Shown here piece after piece: positions 40,601-53,129 of a stretch of 64,000 nt of DNA. The DNA lies in assembly GCF_018977255.1 (NCBI RefSeq), contig NW_024704742.1, positions 100,690,001-100,754,000 of the forward strand. Direction: 5' to 3'. The position numbers were made by a program, and so were the translations under genes. The stretch is from Callorhinchus milii (Eukaryota). Position 1 is the first letter of the stretch, and each line of letters starts with the position of its first letter. The notes under the pieces are model-generated. The model had not been told where the DNA came from and did no database searches. It was given only the letters and a program-made list of their open reading frames with translations.

Positions 40601-41669
40601 TCTCCTCCCACCCCTTCTCCCCCCACACTGTATGCCCCTGCTGAGAAGTTAAAAACAATCAGGCCTTTTTGAAATACTTTCAGCCCAGCAACGTGTCATC
40701 AACAGTGCCAGAAATCAAGATGTCAACTATCATAAAAAGCTACTGAGCACCTTTTCCATAGATCTTATGTTTCTCAGTATTAAAGCAGTCTGCCGTCCTG
40801 CTGGGCAGGGGGAGGGGGGAAGCAATTAAACTAATAACTTAGGACACCACAAGAGAGCAAGGAAGAAGGAAAAGTCATTTGGCACAAAGCCGCCTGCTTA
40901 AAGCTTGCCATTTGCAATTTGCACCATCATTAATTCTGCTTGACTTATTTATTAGCCTGAAAGAGGTAATATATTACTTCCCAACAGAGAAAATACTCAC
41001 GATCCTCAATGACCCACAAAGGTACTTGAATTTCAACTTAAGCAGTTACTTGAAGCAAAATACCTCATCAATATGGCAATGTTTTGGGAGCACAGGATGA
41101 TCTTTGCTATAATGATACTTTTTGGAAAAAAGCATTTAAAGGAACCTTTGCCTAGAGAATGTTCTGCAATAGCATTTCAAAGGTTTTCTTTCTCTCCGCC
41201 CCACCTCCCACACATCCCCAACAAGAATGTGGCTATTGTACTGTACATTTCACCATACATTTCAGCACAAAATATACAGTCGATTCCCTTTACAGTATAT
41301 TCTGTGAATCGCTTTGAGACGTCTCAACGACATGATAAGGCACTATATCAATAGCAAGTATACTTTAAATATTGGCTGGTCTATAGTAACCTTTCACATA
41401 CCAGTTGCTCACTTAATGCCATTGTTATGCTGCTTGAAGTTAAGCAATACCTTTTCCAGCAGAAAGGAGGTGGGAAGTGGGACAATTGGATTTGGACTTC
41501 CTGCATTGTCCTGCACTAAGTAACATAGGAAAATACAGTATAGGAATAGGAGGAGACCATTAGATCCTCAAGCTTGTTCCAGATTAATAGATCTGAGTTG
41601 AGGTCCCCAAATCTGGAATTAAGTGCATGTGCTGAGCTCTTCGAACCAATGTTAATTGATTTTAATTAT

Positions 41670-42225
41670 GTCCTCTCGTCGTCACTCTCTGTCTCCTTGT
41701 CCTCCACTGCTTTCGACACAAGTTGACCATCCATCCTTCTAGACCACCTCTCCTGCCTCATCCACCTTAGTGGAGTCACACTCTCCTAGTTCAAGTCCTA
41801 CTTGATCTAGCACCCTCACTATGTCTCTGCAAATATTTTTTCCTCCTGCCCTCACCAGGTTACCTGCAGCATACCCCAAGGCTCCATCTTTGGCTCCCTT
41901 CTTTTCCTCATTTACATGCTCCCTCTTGGTGATGTTATCCACAGACATGGGGTAAACTTCCACGTGTATGTGGACAACACCCAAATCTAATTCTCATCTA
42001 GCTTCAACAAAGGTCTACTGATGTTCTGTTCTCTTGCTTGTCAGACATCAAGGCCTGGATGAGCACCAACTTTCACAAGACTGAAACCATACTCCTTGAC
42101 TCTCATCAACCTCTCCTCAACTGCAGCTCTGATCTACTTAACCTCCCCAGCTTATTGCTGTTTTTATTTTAATGTTGCGAGACGACGCCTCACGTGAAGG
42201 GTGCTATACAAGTTGTTGTTGATAT
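41670..42225 (+). mobile_element. L2 RT fragment joined to an L2 tail
   Basis: ctccactgctttcgacaca (STAFDT), ccccaaggctccatctttggctccc, HGVNFHVYVDNTQI; tail gtgaagggtgctatacaagttgttgttg. Confidence 0.85.
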
Positions 42226-42884
42226 TGTTATAAAAGACCCAATATTTTACTCTCTAATAATGTTGAAAAATGGTCCATTTAAAAGTTGGTGAGCGGTGCA
42301 GTGGGTTGCAGTCTTGGCAACTGAACTTCAGAATAATTCAATCTCAGATGGCAATTCACCTCAACTCAAATTTAGGCTGCATTTTTCACGGTTACTTACT
42401 GTGAAATGCAGAGTATAAATGGGCACTAGAGATACTAGAAACACTAAGGCAGACCTCAGCTCAGTGCAGCCCCCTCCCAGGTGCTCAGTCTGCCACACAG
42501 TGTGATCAATCAGATCTGACTTGTTTTCTAGGTTCACATCCATCTGGGCCAAATCGAGACCAGTTCACCCATAGCCAACGGAGAAAAAAAAATCAACTGA
42601 GAAAACTGAGGAAGTGTCACATATAATCATTAAATGCATTACAGTGTAACCAGTCCTCCAGATAAATAAGTTATTCATTTCATGGCTATTCAGAGATTGC
42701 TATGGATAAATTGACCCAGAAATACACATCAATTATCTGAGAAGCGTTTTGAGATGTTCCACACTATAACAATTTATACATATATATAATAAATAATATA
42801 ATAATAATCCTTGCATTCGATATAGCGCCTGACCAAAAGCGCTTGAGAATGCTAATATAGATAGATATTATATATAATATTAAT

Positions 42885-43710
42885 ATATATAGAGCACCTT
42901 TCATATTGGGAGAACAACTCAAAGAGCTTTACAAAGACTCATTTAGAGCCCACATGGAAGTGAGCTGAGGGAGGGGTAGGGGGTGGGGAGGTGTTCGAAA
43001 GCGCAGTCAAAGATGTAAGTCTTCAGACAAGATTTGAAATCAGAGTAAATGAGACCAAGGGATTTGGGGGAACAGAGGGCGTGGGAATAGTAGCTGAAAG
43101 CTTGCCTATTGGTGATGTGGTGAGCAGAAGAGAGGCTGAAGTTGGTGGACCTGAGGGAGTGGACAGGCAAGTAGGGTCACAGGAGATTGTTGAGACAGTC
43201 TGTAGCAAGGTCATGGCGACATTTGAAGATGAGGAACTTAAAATTGATCCATAAGTGGATAAGAAGCCAGTGGAGCTGGGTGAGGATAGGGGTGAAGCGG
43301 TTATGGAGCTTAGTGTGGGTGAGACTGTGGAGTTTTGTATGATCTAGAGTTCAGAAAAGTTGAGTTTGAAGATGTGTAGATGAGGGTTTTGTCCGTATTA
43401 TCACTTCTCGGCCTTTTGGCTAAGACCATGTGAAGTAGTGTGGTGTAGTATTAGGGGTGAGACAGTGGCAGAGCCATGTGGTGTTGTGGAAATAGAAGAA
43501 AGTGGACTTGGCTAGAGCCCAGATAAAAGGTTTGAAGGAGAATTGAAAGTCAAAGAAAACACTGAGGTCCTGGACAGGTTTCATGAGTTAGAGTGAGCAA
43601 CCAGGGAGGTAGTTAAAGTCAGTGTCTGAGGTGAGGAGGCACTGGCGAGAGCTGAAAAGGATAGACACAGTTTAATCAACATTGAGTTGGAGAAAGTTAT
43701 GGCTCATATA
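42885..43710 (-). mobile_element. L2 3' region, degenerate, carrying the U2 fragment
   Basis: Colinear with the L2 at 12981-13666 (agccagtggagctggg; gagggtttt...gagacagtggcagagcc). Confidence 0.85.
43400..43437 (+). pseudogene. U2 snRNA 5' fragment (nt 1-38), 3'-truncated retrocopy
   Basis: ATCACTTCTCGGCCTTTTGGCTAAGACCATGTGAAGTA versus U2 ATCGCTTCTCGGCCTTTTGGCTAAGATCAAGTGTAGTA: 34/38 identical. Confidence 0.88.
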
Positions 43711-44019
43711 CAATGAAACAAATGCAATGATTATTATTATAACCAGTGAAATAAATTCTGAACCCTAACTCAGCCTAAATAAGTTAATTCACATTAATGG
43801 AAACTCCTGAAAAAGTGTATTTTGGAGTTGAGAAAACAAACTCATTTTTTTTTTTACACACACATGGGGATTTGGGACGGACCACACGTGAACATTTGTT
43901 CCAGGCACTTGTACATGGTTCTAGTGTGGCTCTCAGAAGGCAAACCAGAGACTCATTAAAATGTGTTGTTGTCACCAAACAGAATAATCTTATAAACAGA
44001 GCCTTGATGAACTGTGATC

Positions 44020-44615
44020 GAGACTAGGAAGCATTTCTTTACTCAGAGGGTAATTAACATCTGGAACAGATTACCAGGAAGGTGGTTGAGGCCAGGCCCT
44101 GGGCTCATTTAAGAAACAGTTTAATGCTGTGATGGGAGAGTGATAGGGTAGGTATTCTGGAAGGTTAAGATCAATTGGGCCAAAGGGCTATTTTCATCTG
44201 AACCGATCTTGTGATAGAACATTAAATAGGCACAACTTGTTCCACATAGACTCATTTCTCTGTCAGTGCACCACTGATCGTCAAGGACAATATCATCCAA
44301 CAAAACAGATACAATTAATAGGGAATTGGCTAGTGTAAATCTTGTAGGCGTGGTCACTAAATCACAGGATGCTATAACACAAGAATACACCATTTGGCCC
44401 ATCATGTGTGTTCTGGCATTTCTATCTGCATGAGTCACCAAATCCAATCCTACTCACTTCCTGTAACCTTTAATATTGCTCCTTTTCGACCATCTGTTAA
44501 ATTCCCTTTAAAATCATTTTATGGTCTCCAACAACAGTTCGTAGCAGAGAATTCCACATTCTAATCACCCTCTATAAAAAGATTGTTTTCTATCCTTCCC
44601 CTTTAATTATTTTAT
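44020..44615. mobile_element. Two old CR1 3' fragments in opposite orientation (+ 44020-44220; - 44370-44615)
   Basis: ttctttactcagagggtaattaacatctggaac on the + strand; agaattccacattctaatcaccctct on the - strand. Confidence 0.65.
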
Positions 44616-44619
44616 GATT

Positions 44620-45015
44620 ACATAGGAACATAGGAATCAGGAGCAGGAGTAGGTATAGGCCATTCGGCCCCTCGAGCCTACCCCACCATTCAATAAGATC
44701 CTGGCTGATCTTCTAACCTAACTCCATCTGCCCGCCTTATGTCCATATCCCTTAATCCCTCTATCCTTTAGAAATCTATCAATCTCAGTCTTGAATATGT
44801 TCAAGGACTGAGCATCTACAGCCTTCTGGGGTACAGAATTCCATAAATTCACTACTCTCTGAGTGAAGAAGTGTTTCCTCAACTCTGTTCGAAAAGGTTG
44901 ACCCTTAATCTTAAGACCATGAACCCTAGTTATAAATTCTCCTACCAGGGGAAACAGTCTCACACTGTCTACTCTGTCAAGCCCCATAAGAATCTTATAT
45001 GTTTCCATAAGATCA
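44620..45015 (-). mobile_element. CR1 3' end (relatively young)
   Basis: ORF 44718..45008 METYKIL...FFTQRVVNLWNS plus a typical 3' UTR; closely similar to 36750-37045. Confidence 0.92.
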
Positions 45016-45282
45016 AGATCATAAGATTATCTTAAATAAGTTATTTTAGGTTATTACATTCTAATTTGTGACACAAAGTGCATGTTACAATCACCTACTG
45101 GGATCATAACTTTTAAAGGATCAAATTGGCAAGAATTTTACCCTCGCCTTTCCCCTTTTAAATGTTTTGCTTAAACGCTAGTAAATTGCAAATGTTATAG
45201 TTTGGCTGTCATATTCTTCGATAAAAGGACAAATTAGTTTCAAAGCAGCAGGTCTCTTTTTAATGGGCAATACTGTACTTAC

Positions 45283-45392
45283 TTCTTATTGTCCTTTTTA
45301 AATGCTGGAGCAGTCATGTAGTTTATTGCCTCCTGGTTCAGTTCCGCTAAGCGCCGAGTTGCCTGTTCAGCAGCGTTGAGAGCTTCATCCAT
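45283..45392 (-). CDS. Coding exon 5 (MDEALNAAEQATRRLAELNQEAINYMTAPAFKKDNK)
   Basis: tttttgtgtgaag|ATG ... AA|gtaagt; 110 nt, phase 0-2. Confidence 0.88.
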
Positions 45393-45609
45393 CTTCACAC
45401 AAAAAAAAATTTTGCATTTGAAAATGAACATTTGACAAAAAGGAGTACAGTTTCAATTTTGTTCTCCCTCTCTTTCACTGATCATAAACTTGTTAGAACA
45501 CAAAAAATAGGAAACTAAAGGAATGCACAGTGCAGATCAAGCTGATGGGTATGGTCTAAGATATAAGAAGGCAACAATTAAACAGCAATCATATCTGTTA
45601 GTTATGAAC

Positions 45610-45832
45610 AAAACACAAAATACTGCAGATGCTGGAAATCTGAAACAAAACAGAGGGAGCTGGGAAAACTCAGCAGATCAGGCAGCATCTATGAAGGAAG
45701 GAAAGTGAGTCAACGTTTGGTGTCCACAACCCTTTGTCAAACGAAGAGTCGTGGACCCGAAAGGTTCACTCACTTTCCTTTCTTCATAGATGTTGCCTGA
45801 CCTGCTGAGTTTTCCCAGCTCTCTCTGTTTTT
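45610..45832. mobile_element. Inverted pair of the same Penelope-like terminus
   Basis: 45647-45737 is the imperfect reverse complement of 45741-45831. Confidence 0.8.
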
Positions 45833-45866
45833 ATATCTGTCAATTATGCTTATCGGAAACATTTAC

Positions 45867-45962
45867 CTTTTCTGATATATCTTCAAGTTCAAACTCATCT
45901 AATTCAAGTTCATTTAATCGTTCTTCTTCTGATGCAAAGAAGTCCACGTGCTTACTGAAAAA
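45867..45962 (-). CDS. Coding exon 4 (FFSKHVDFFASEEERLNELELDEFELEDISEK)
   Basis: ttttcttttgttcag|TTT ... AAG|gtaaat; 96 nt, phase 0-0. Confidence 0.88.
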
Positions 45963-47229
45963 CTGAACAAAAGAAAAAAACATGTTATATTCAGCATACA
46001 TGCTTGGTGAGTTTGGTAACCACTCAAAAAACTGCAGCATCCTCTGAAGCTCACCAGCTGTACACATACTGCAACTTCCACCTTGAAATGCAGTTTATAG
46101 AGCAGCTGCAGATAAACTTTCTGCTAACCATTCCCCATGGGAGACTCCGTTAATTAACGCATGTTGCACATGATCGGAGCAGGCAATTTGTGTTATTTTT
46201 GTGAAATCAGGCTAAAAATTACCTAGTCGAGCACCAGTTTTGTGTCTATATTTCACAAATATAACTGACAACAATCTTTTAGCTATTCTGCATTCCAGAT
46301 TCTTGCAAGAGAAAATAACTGTGGATGCTGGCAAACGTACAAGCTGTTAAATGGCTCAGGGAAGGGCAATTATTTTGTAGCCTCTCATTTAATAAAAGTA
46401 GGAGCTATTTAATTTCAACAGTACTGAGCTGCATGAAGGTAATGTTATATTACATTAATCCCTGTGTTGTTGCTGGAAGAGAGGAGTTATGAGGGCTGGC
46501 TATTTTCATAGCCTAGGCTGATACTCCAAAGCAGTGCCGGTCTTGCAATATCCGAGCTGTTGACTTCAGATGAGACATTAAACCAAGGCCCTATTTGCCT
46601 ATTCAGCTGGACATTAAAAATTCCATGCCTCTATTCGAAAGAACAGAATTTGGATACTCATTTGGATAATCATTTCATAGCTGTTTGTGGGACACTTTAC
46701 AGTGCAGTGAGGCTGCACAGCTCCTGTGAAGCTCTTTGAGACATCATTCTGATGTGAAAGATGCTAAACCAAATTTGTTTTCCTTGAAATGGGGAGCATT
46801 GGAAAAACAAATACTGACTTTCGCCGACTGAAATCAGTCATCGGCCATGCCTCATTATCATGAATTGTCACTTGCTATAACTCGCATGGGAATACCATTA
46901 ATGTCAACCATCATTTCACTTAACAATAAGGGACTGCATCGGGAGACTTGGCAAATTAGTCACATTTACTATTGATTTCATAAACTATTACACTTGGATG
47001 ATTTTAAATGAAAACCTATTCAGCTGCTGACTGGTCTCCTATGCAGGTTTAGCATAACATCCAGCCATTCTAAATTTCAGTGCAAAGAATTTCCATGTTT
47101 CTTCAAATGATCCTCATAATAATTGTGTTTAATAGTAGGGACTTAAGTATTTGATATTGGGGAATGTGTATTTGATGTTAGGGACCGGGCATTTGAAGGT
47201 AGGAACTGTGTATTTGAGTTTTCTATAAA

Positions 47230-47548
47230 ATAATAAATGTTTGGATTTGATATGTCGTCAAAGCTTTTCACAGGATATATTGTAATGTGTGACTGTATTT
47301 ATAGACAAATGTGGCAGTCAGCTTGCACAAAGCAATGTCCCACAAACAGCTATGAAACAAATGACAAATTTTATTTGGGGGATTTGCACATTTGAAGGTC
47401 GGCACATCTAACATTGCAGCACATTTCGAACATTAGCTTGGAGTGACAGCCCAGACTGTACTAGCTCAAAGTTCTGATGTGAGGGACTTGAAACCACAAC
47501 CATCTAACTCAGAGGTGAGAGTGCTACCAACTGAGCCAAGCTGGCACA
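47230..47548 (-). mobile_element. Older DeuSINE-type element
   Basis: ctcagaggtgagagtgctaccaactgagcca head plus tail. Confidence 0.75.
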
Positions 47549-47948
47549 CAAACACACTTGCGCTAATTAAGACAAGAAATGCTCTAAGGATCATTTGCAA
47601 ATTTGTTTCTTAAATAATTAATATTGACGTAAAGTTTTCTGACTTGCCTTAGCAATGAGCACTCTGCTCCAGGTCTCTGACACTTCCAGTTCTCTCCTAC
47701 ACATCAGCTGTAAACAGCCCCAGTGAAAAACAGAGGAAACCAACTATAAAGCTGGTTTCCTGATATAGGTTGTGGGAATGCCAATCCATTTCCATAGAAG
47801 GACTGTAAACATTGGGTTTACTTGTTTTTATTATATTCCTTCCCCATTGTATGGCTTAAATTCTTAGCTCTAAATGTACTGCAGCTGCATAGAATACTCA
47901 TACCTCAAACATCACGCACTGAAACAACAATTACCAGCGAAATATTAC

Positions 47949-48077
47949 CTCACTGAGCTGAGATAGAATTATATGTCTTTGACCGCAGGCTTCTTGATAA
48001 CCAACAATGAAGACTGTCATTTGCTTTTGATATTTTTTTCGTTTCACTGGGTCCAACAAGGTTTCCTCCAGTTGGTT
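47949..48077 (-). CDS. Coding exon 3 (NQLEETLLDPVKRKKY...ILSQLSE)
   Basis: tttatctcag|AAC ... GAG|gtaata; 129 nt, phase 0-0, open. Confidence 0.85.
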
Positions 48078-48196
48078 CTGAGATAAACAGACATTTGAGA
48101 TATTGAATATGTTTGATGTGTGAACCACATCTGTTAAAACTGAGCTAATTGTTCATGCAAAAGCTTTTCATCAGAAAATGTAAAAAGTACATGTCT

Positions 48197-48563
48197 AATA
48201 ACAATCCTTGCATTTGATATTACACCTTATTACACCTGTCTCAAAGCGCTTCACAAAATATACTGTAAAGTGAATTATCTGTGTATTTTGTGAGCTAAAT
48301 GGAGCAGCCAATTGTGCACAGCAGTGCCTCAGAAACAGTTATGGATTGAGTGACCAAATTTTATTTATTTATTTTTGAGGAATTATTAGCCTTGGAAAGC
48401 AATCCGCCAATCGACTAACAACCGGTTGCTATCGACTAACACCCTACTTACTGCTAGGCAAACAGAGGCGTGTGGAGACAGGAAACTTGCCTAAGGTTTC
48501 GCCCTGCCTGAGAACTCGGGTCCTCTCGCTTGTGAGGCTCTAACAAATACACTGCAGTACTCC
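48197..48563 (-). mobile_element. tRNA SINE, long subfamily, with a small internal duplication
   Basis: atcgactaaca occurs twice at 48409-48441. Confidence 0.88.
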
Positions 48564-49212
48564 ACCAGTTGGCCCAGTTAGCAAAAAAAAAATGCTCAAA
48601 GGTGAATTAAAACAAGACCACCAAGATCCCATGTACAGTCTGTGCTGAGTTAGTTGATAATAAGGTATTAGAATTGGCTCTTAGTTATTTCGGGCTAAGG
48701 CCGGAATGATGAAGTCAGTCAAGGAGCCAGATTCTATCACTACACAGTATCTATCTGCTAGAAAGTGAACAAGTCAAGGTTTAGCTGTGAGTTTCCCCAC
48801 AATATAACATCCTGTCCACATTCACTGTCTAGTTTCACATGAGAAAAATTGTTACTTTGGCAAGGTACTGACAAGGATAGCTAAGTGGAAACAAAAACAA
48901 CTGGCCGTTTCAACTAAGAGGTTTAACCCATTTATTGTAATTATTTTCTATTTATTTCCTTTTCAAGCTTCTCAACACGACGCATCATCAGCTATCCCCA
49001 TAATGGTCATGACCCGGAGATTTGCTGTTTGGGTTTCTATCTAGTAATTCTGTATGTGATCACTAGGAGGTGTGTGAGAACAGTAAAGAATGAGTGAAGC
49101 TTTCATTTTTGTTTTCTGACTTCAGGGAATTGTCCACACTAGAGATTGAAGGCATAGGAGAAATCCAGGAGTCCCACGTGGGCAAATATTGTGTGTGCGT
49201 GTGCACCTTGTG

Positions 49213-49533
49213 TAATAATAATAATAATAATCCTTGCATTTGATATAGCGCTTTTCACGTCGGGAGGACGTCCCAAAGCGCTTCACAGAACACACTGTAA
49301 AGTGAATTGACTGTATATTTGTGGGCGAACGCGGCAGCCAATTGCGCACAGCAATGTCCCACAAACAGTCGTAGATTGAAAATGACCAATTTATTATTGT
49401 TTTTGGTTTTGGAGGGATTATTATTAGGCTCTGTGTGGAGTAAGGAAACTTGCCCAAGGTTTCGCCCTGCCTGGAATTGAACTCAGGTCTCACGCTTGCA
49501 AAGCGAGTGCTCTAACCACTGAGCTACAGGACT
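49213..49533 (-). mobile_element. Young tRNA-derived SINE, short subfamily, full length
   Basis: Head gagtcctgtagctcagtggttagagcactcgc...gagttcaattcc (A and B boxes), L2-like tail, (ATT)n end. Confidence 0.93.
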
Positions 49534-50651
49534 CTGAAGAGCAGTAGAGCTCTGATGTTGTGCTCCATCTGAACTAAAATGTGCAGAAAACCCTGCCAAA
49601 AAGGTATTTTGTTCAGCAATAAGGAATGAAAACAAAATCATACACCAATTGCACATTGTCATTTTCAAGCAAAAAAATTGCAAATCATATAGACAAGTTT
49701 GATGCAACAGAGATTTGATCATTCGAGGAACATCGTTAACATTAGATTTAGTCTTATTATGACAGCAACAAAAACCTTTGCAAATAAAAATAAGGAAAAA
49801 TTGCGAGGGTAAATTAAACTATGGCAGTCTCATTAAAGTCCTATGGTATGCTAGAACAGAGCGTGTTTTTCATCCAATACTAGATGCATCAGCAAATGGC
49901 TATTATTCAGTCTGACCCTGCCTCACTCTTGGGGAGAAATTCCATCTGAGTCTAGATTTACTCTTAAATTCTTAAACAGAACCCTAATTTTGAAGCCAGT
50001 TTTCTGTAAAGTAATAATATTATCTTAATAATCTTTCCATTTGACACAGTGCCTTATCATGTCAGCAAGACATCTCAAAGCGCTTCACTGGATTCACTGT
50101 AAAGTGTAGTGACTGTGTATTTAGGCAAATGCAACAGCCAATTTGCACAAATAGCTATGAAGTGAATGAACATTTTTAACCAGACGATTGTTGGACAGGA
50201 CAACAGGAGAATCTGTAACATCCACCTAATCAGACCGACAGAATCTGGGTATAGCATCCTATCAATAGGAAGGCAACTCAACAATGCAGCAGTCCCCCAG
50301 GAACGTCAGACTAAACTATGAGCTGAAAGTCACAGTGTGGATACCATATCCAAGCACGCATTACTTCCAGCAACAGTTATTGGATAGCAATCAACAGTGG
50401 AAATTTTGGCTGAATTTTCTCCTGCTTAAACTAGGGCATTGAGCCAAATGCATTGGGCCTGCTATCACATTTTCTGTGATCAGGTATTTCAGCACAGATT
50501 GGGGAATCGAGTATGGGACCATCTTGGTATATATAGTGAAGCTAGTCACTGCATAAATTTGCTGAAACATTGGGAATTGGTTAATGTTATTTTCCTTTTT
50601 AGAGGAGACAGTGTGTGGAGGCATCAGTCATGTTTTTAAGTTTAGACTCAC

Positions 50652-50732
50652 CAGATCAATGACAAACTCCATATTCGCTCCATAAAGCGTGTCTTGGAGT
50701 GGTTTTCTGTCTCTTTCATAATCACTCATGGT
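50652..50732 (-). CDS. Coding exon 2 (TMSDYERDRKPLQDTLYGANMEFVIDL)
   Basis: tttggcag|ACC ... CTG|gtgagt; 81 nt, phase 0-0, open. Confidence 0.85.
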
Positions 50733-52351
50733 CTGCCAAAGCAAGTGTGGAGATTAGTTGGGTTCTAGTTCATTGTGAATACAATAGAAACACAGGGAAG
50801 AGAAAATGTGTAATTCACCAATATCCCTTGGATTGTTTACTGAATCCATTACAGTCAAAATGCCATCTTCTTTAACTATTCACCATATCCAATTGTTAAC
50901 ACTATTTATATCAACAATTCTTTCTTATAGGTTTGTTTAGAGTTAGCTTCTTATTGTTGCAAAGCAGTTTACAATTTTCTTTAGCCCAAGATGGGCTCTG
51001 TGATTTGTTACACTTTGCATGATAAATATGACTAACTTGGTCTAATTCTCAGTTTGAAAGGCTGTCACCATTCTAGAATTTGCAAGAATTGTTCTACAAA
51101 TCCAGAGCTAAAGAATATATGGATTTTTTAATGAGCTATGGAAGAATCCAGTGTAAAATATTTTTTTCTCTTGTGTCAACTCAAAAAATGATACCTGAAG
51201 GGTGCCAGAATCTGTCTAATTGTTTAAGTCAGTCATACCTGATCTGGGGAGGATTTGGAATTAATATGCCACAAAATCATTGCAAAAATCAATCGAAAGA
51301 ATTGCAAGAAATTTTGGCATTACTGACTGTTAGTGTTTATATTGGGATTGTTAAGACTATAACCAGATCCTGTTAGTTTTGTGGGAAAGATCTGTCAACA
51401 GCAAGTGTGATATTTAATTATAGTTTCTTCAACCCAAGAGAGCAAAATAGCAATCAAATGTCAAGCAAGCCTGCTAATGATGGAGGGTCAGCTACACAAC
51501 CTTCAAACACAAGGTAGCCACAGGGTAAGAAGCCTAACTTGAACTTTCAAGCTAGGTTTAAAATGGAAAACAGAGTTATAGCCCAGGACTGATATCTTAT
51601 AGCCAAGGTTTTAATCTTTTTGCTCCAAAAATCAAGTGTTCTTAATTCAGGTATTTTTACAAAGCTGGCAGACAGTCAAAACATATGGCCATCATCTCCT
51701 TCACCTCTTGCCTGCTCAATCTCCTTCACAGTATTTCATCATTGTGAACATTCAGTAGTTCTCCCGACGTGAAAGGCACTATACAAATATAATCTTGTTG
51801 TTGTTGTAGTCACAAATGAGCATGACAGTAAAACTGTCCTTTCATTAAGATCTGATAAACAAGCGCAAGGTGTCTCTGTATACTGTCATACTGTCTAGTC
51901 AGAAGAATGTCTCTTCTCTGTAGATCAGAAGAGAGGTGTGGTTGAAGAAGCCCCTTCAGCCAGTTTGATCTCCTTCCCATCATAATTCAGAACGTAATCT
52001 TAACTGGTCTCTTTCTATCCACAATTATCTAGGATACTTGTTCAGCCTTCGCACAGGACACCCTCCAGACATTGTTATCAATGGCAAAGATTGTGAAGCA
52101 AGTCATTGGGAATCTGGTTTGCTGCTTGGCAGTTAGCAGGATACTGCATTTTTAATGAAAAAGAGCCTCAACCCCATAGCTGAAGTCAAATACTGCGAGC
52201 TAGAAGTCTAAAGCTGCAGGTCAGGTTTCACAGACTTAATTATTCGGAACGGCATGGAGTCTGCTCCCACGCATCCCGGTACATTCTATGCTCTAAATAT
52301 CAAATGTAGCAATAATTTGACCGCATTCATTTTCTACGCTTACACATGATG

Positions 52352-52652
52352 TAATAATAATCTCTATATTTGATATAGTGCCTTATCATGTGATCGAGAT
52401 GTCTCAAAGTGCTTCACAGAATAAATTATATAGTGGATTGACTGTGTATTTTGTGGGCGAACACGACAGCCAGTTTTGCACGCGACAATGTCCCACAAAC
52501 AATCTTGGAGTGAGTGACCAATTTTATTTGGGGGAATGTTGGCCAGGACACTGGAAAAACTCCCTTCTCTTTTCAGATAATGCCATGGGATCTTTAACAC
52601 CCACCTGGACAGGAAGGTGGGACCTCGGTTTAGCGTCTCATCCGAAGGACGG
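52352..52652 (-). mobile_element. DeuSINE-type 3' half, ~20 bp from the donor of coding exon 1
   Basis: tgccatgggatctttaacacccacctggac...cctcggtttagcgtctcatccgaaggac. Confidence 0.82.
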
Positions 52653-52672
52653 ATGTAGTACCATGTACTTAC

Positions 52673-52870
52673 AAGATTCACTCTTCTCTTTATCCTCTCC
52701 AGTTCTTCTCTCATTTCCTCTGCTTTCCTCTGGCTCTGAATTTGTGCTGTTTGCTTTAACACAGCAAGGGCTGGTCCATCTCCTTTGTCTAGGAGTTCAA
52801 TCTCTTTCATGTAATCCTCCATGGAAGCCAGGGATAGGACACAGGGAGCAGTAAACTTTGATTTACTCAT
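52673..52870 (-). CDS. Coding exon 1 (MSKSKF...IKRRVNL, 66 aa) of a coiled-coil protein, possibly FAM186-family-like
   Basis: Acceptor aacaacag|ATG, donor CTT|gtaagt; 198 nt, ends in phase 0; open frame lies within ORF 52364..53014. Confidence 0.85.
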
Positions 52871-53129
52871 CTGTTGTTTAAAGATATTAAATATTATGTC
52901 CCAAGCAAACAATGGAATTGTTTTAAAATATTGCACTGATTTGCAATAAGATCTCACGGTTGCAATCGCATAAAGAAAACCAAGAGAAACTCTCTTCTCT
53001 TTCAATACTGTCAAACCAAACCTAAAATACTTTTAATCTTCTTGATCATTGACAGCATTGACAAGACCACCTACAACGTACTAGACATCAAGCTGAACAG
53101 AAAACCATATATTGGGTTGGACCAGACAC

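Noticed and set aside
52364..53014. 216-aa ORF as a single-exon gene
   Set aside because: Only 52673-52870 is exon-like; the rest reads through intron and a SINE.
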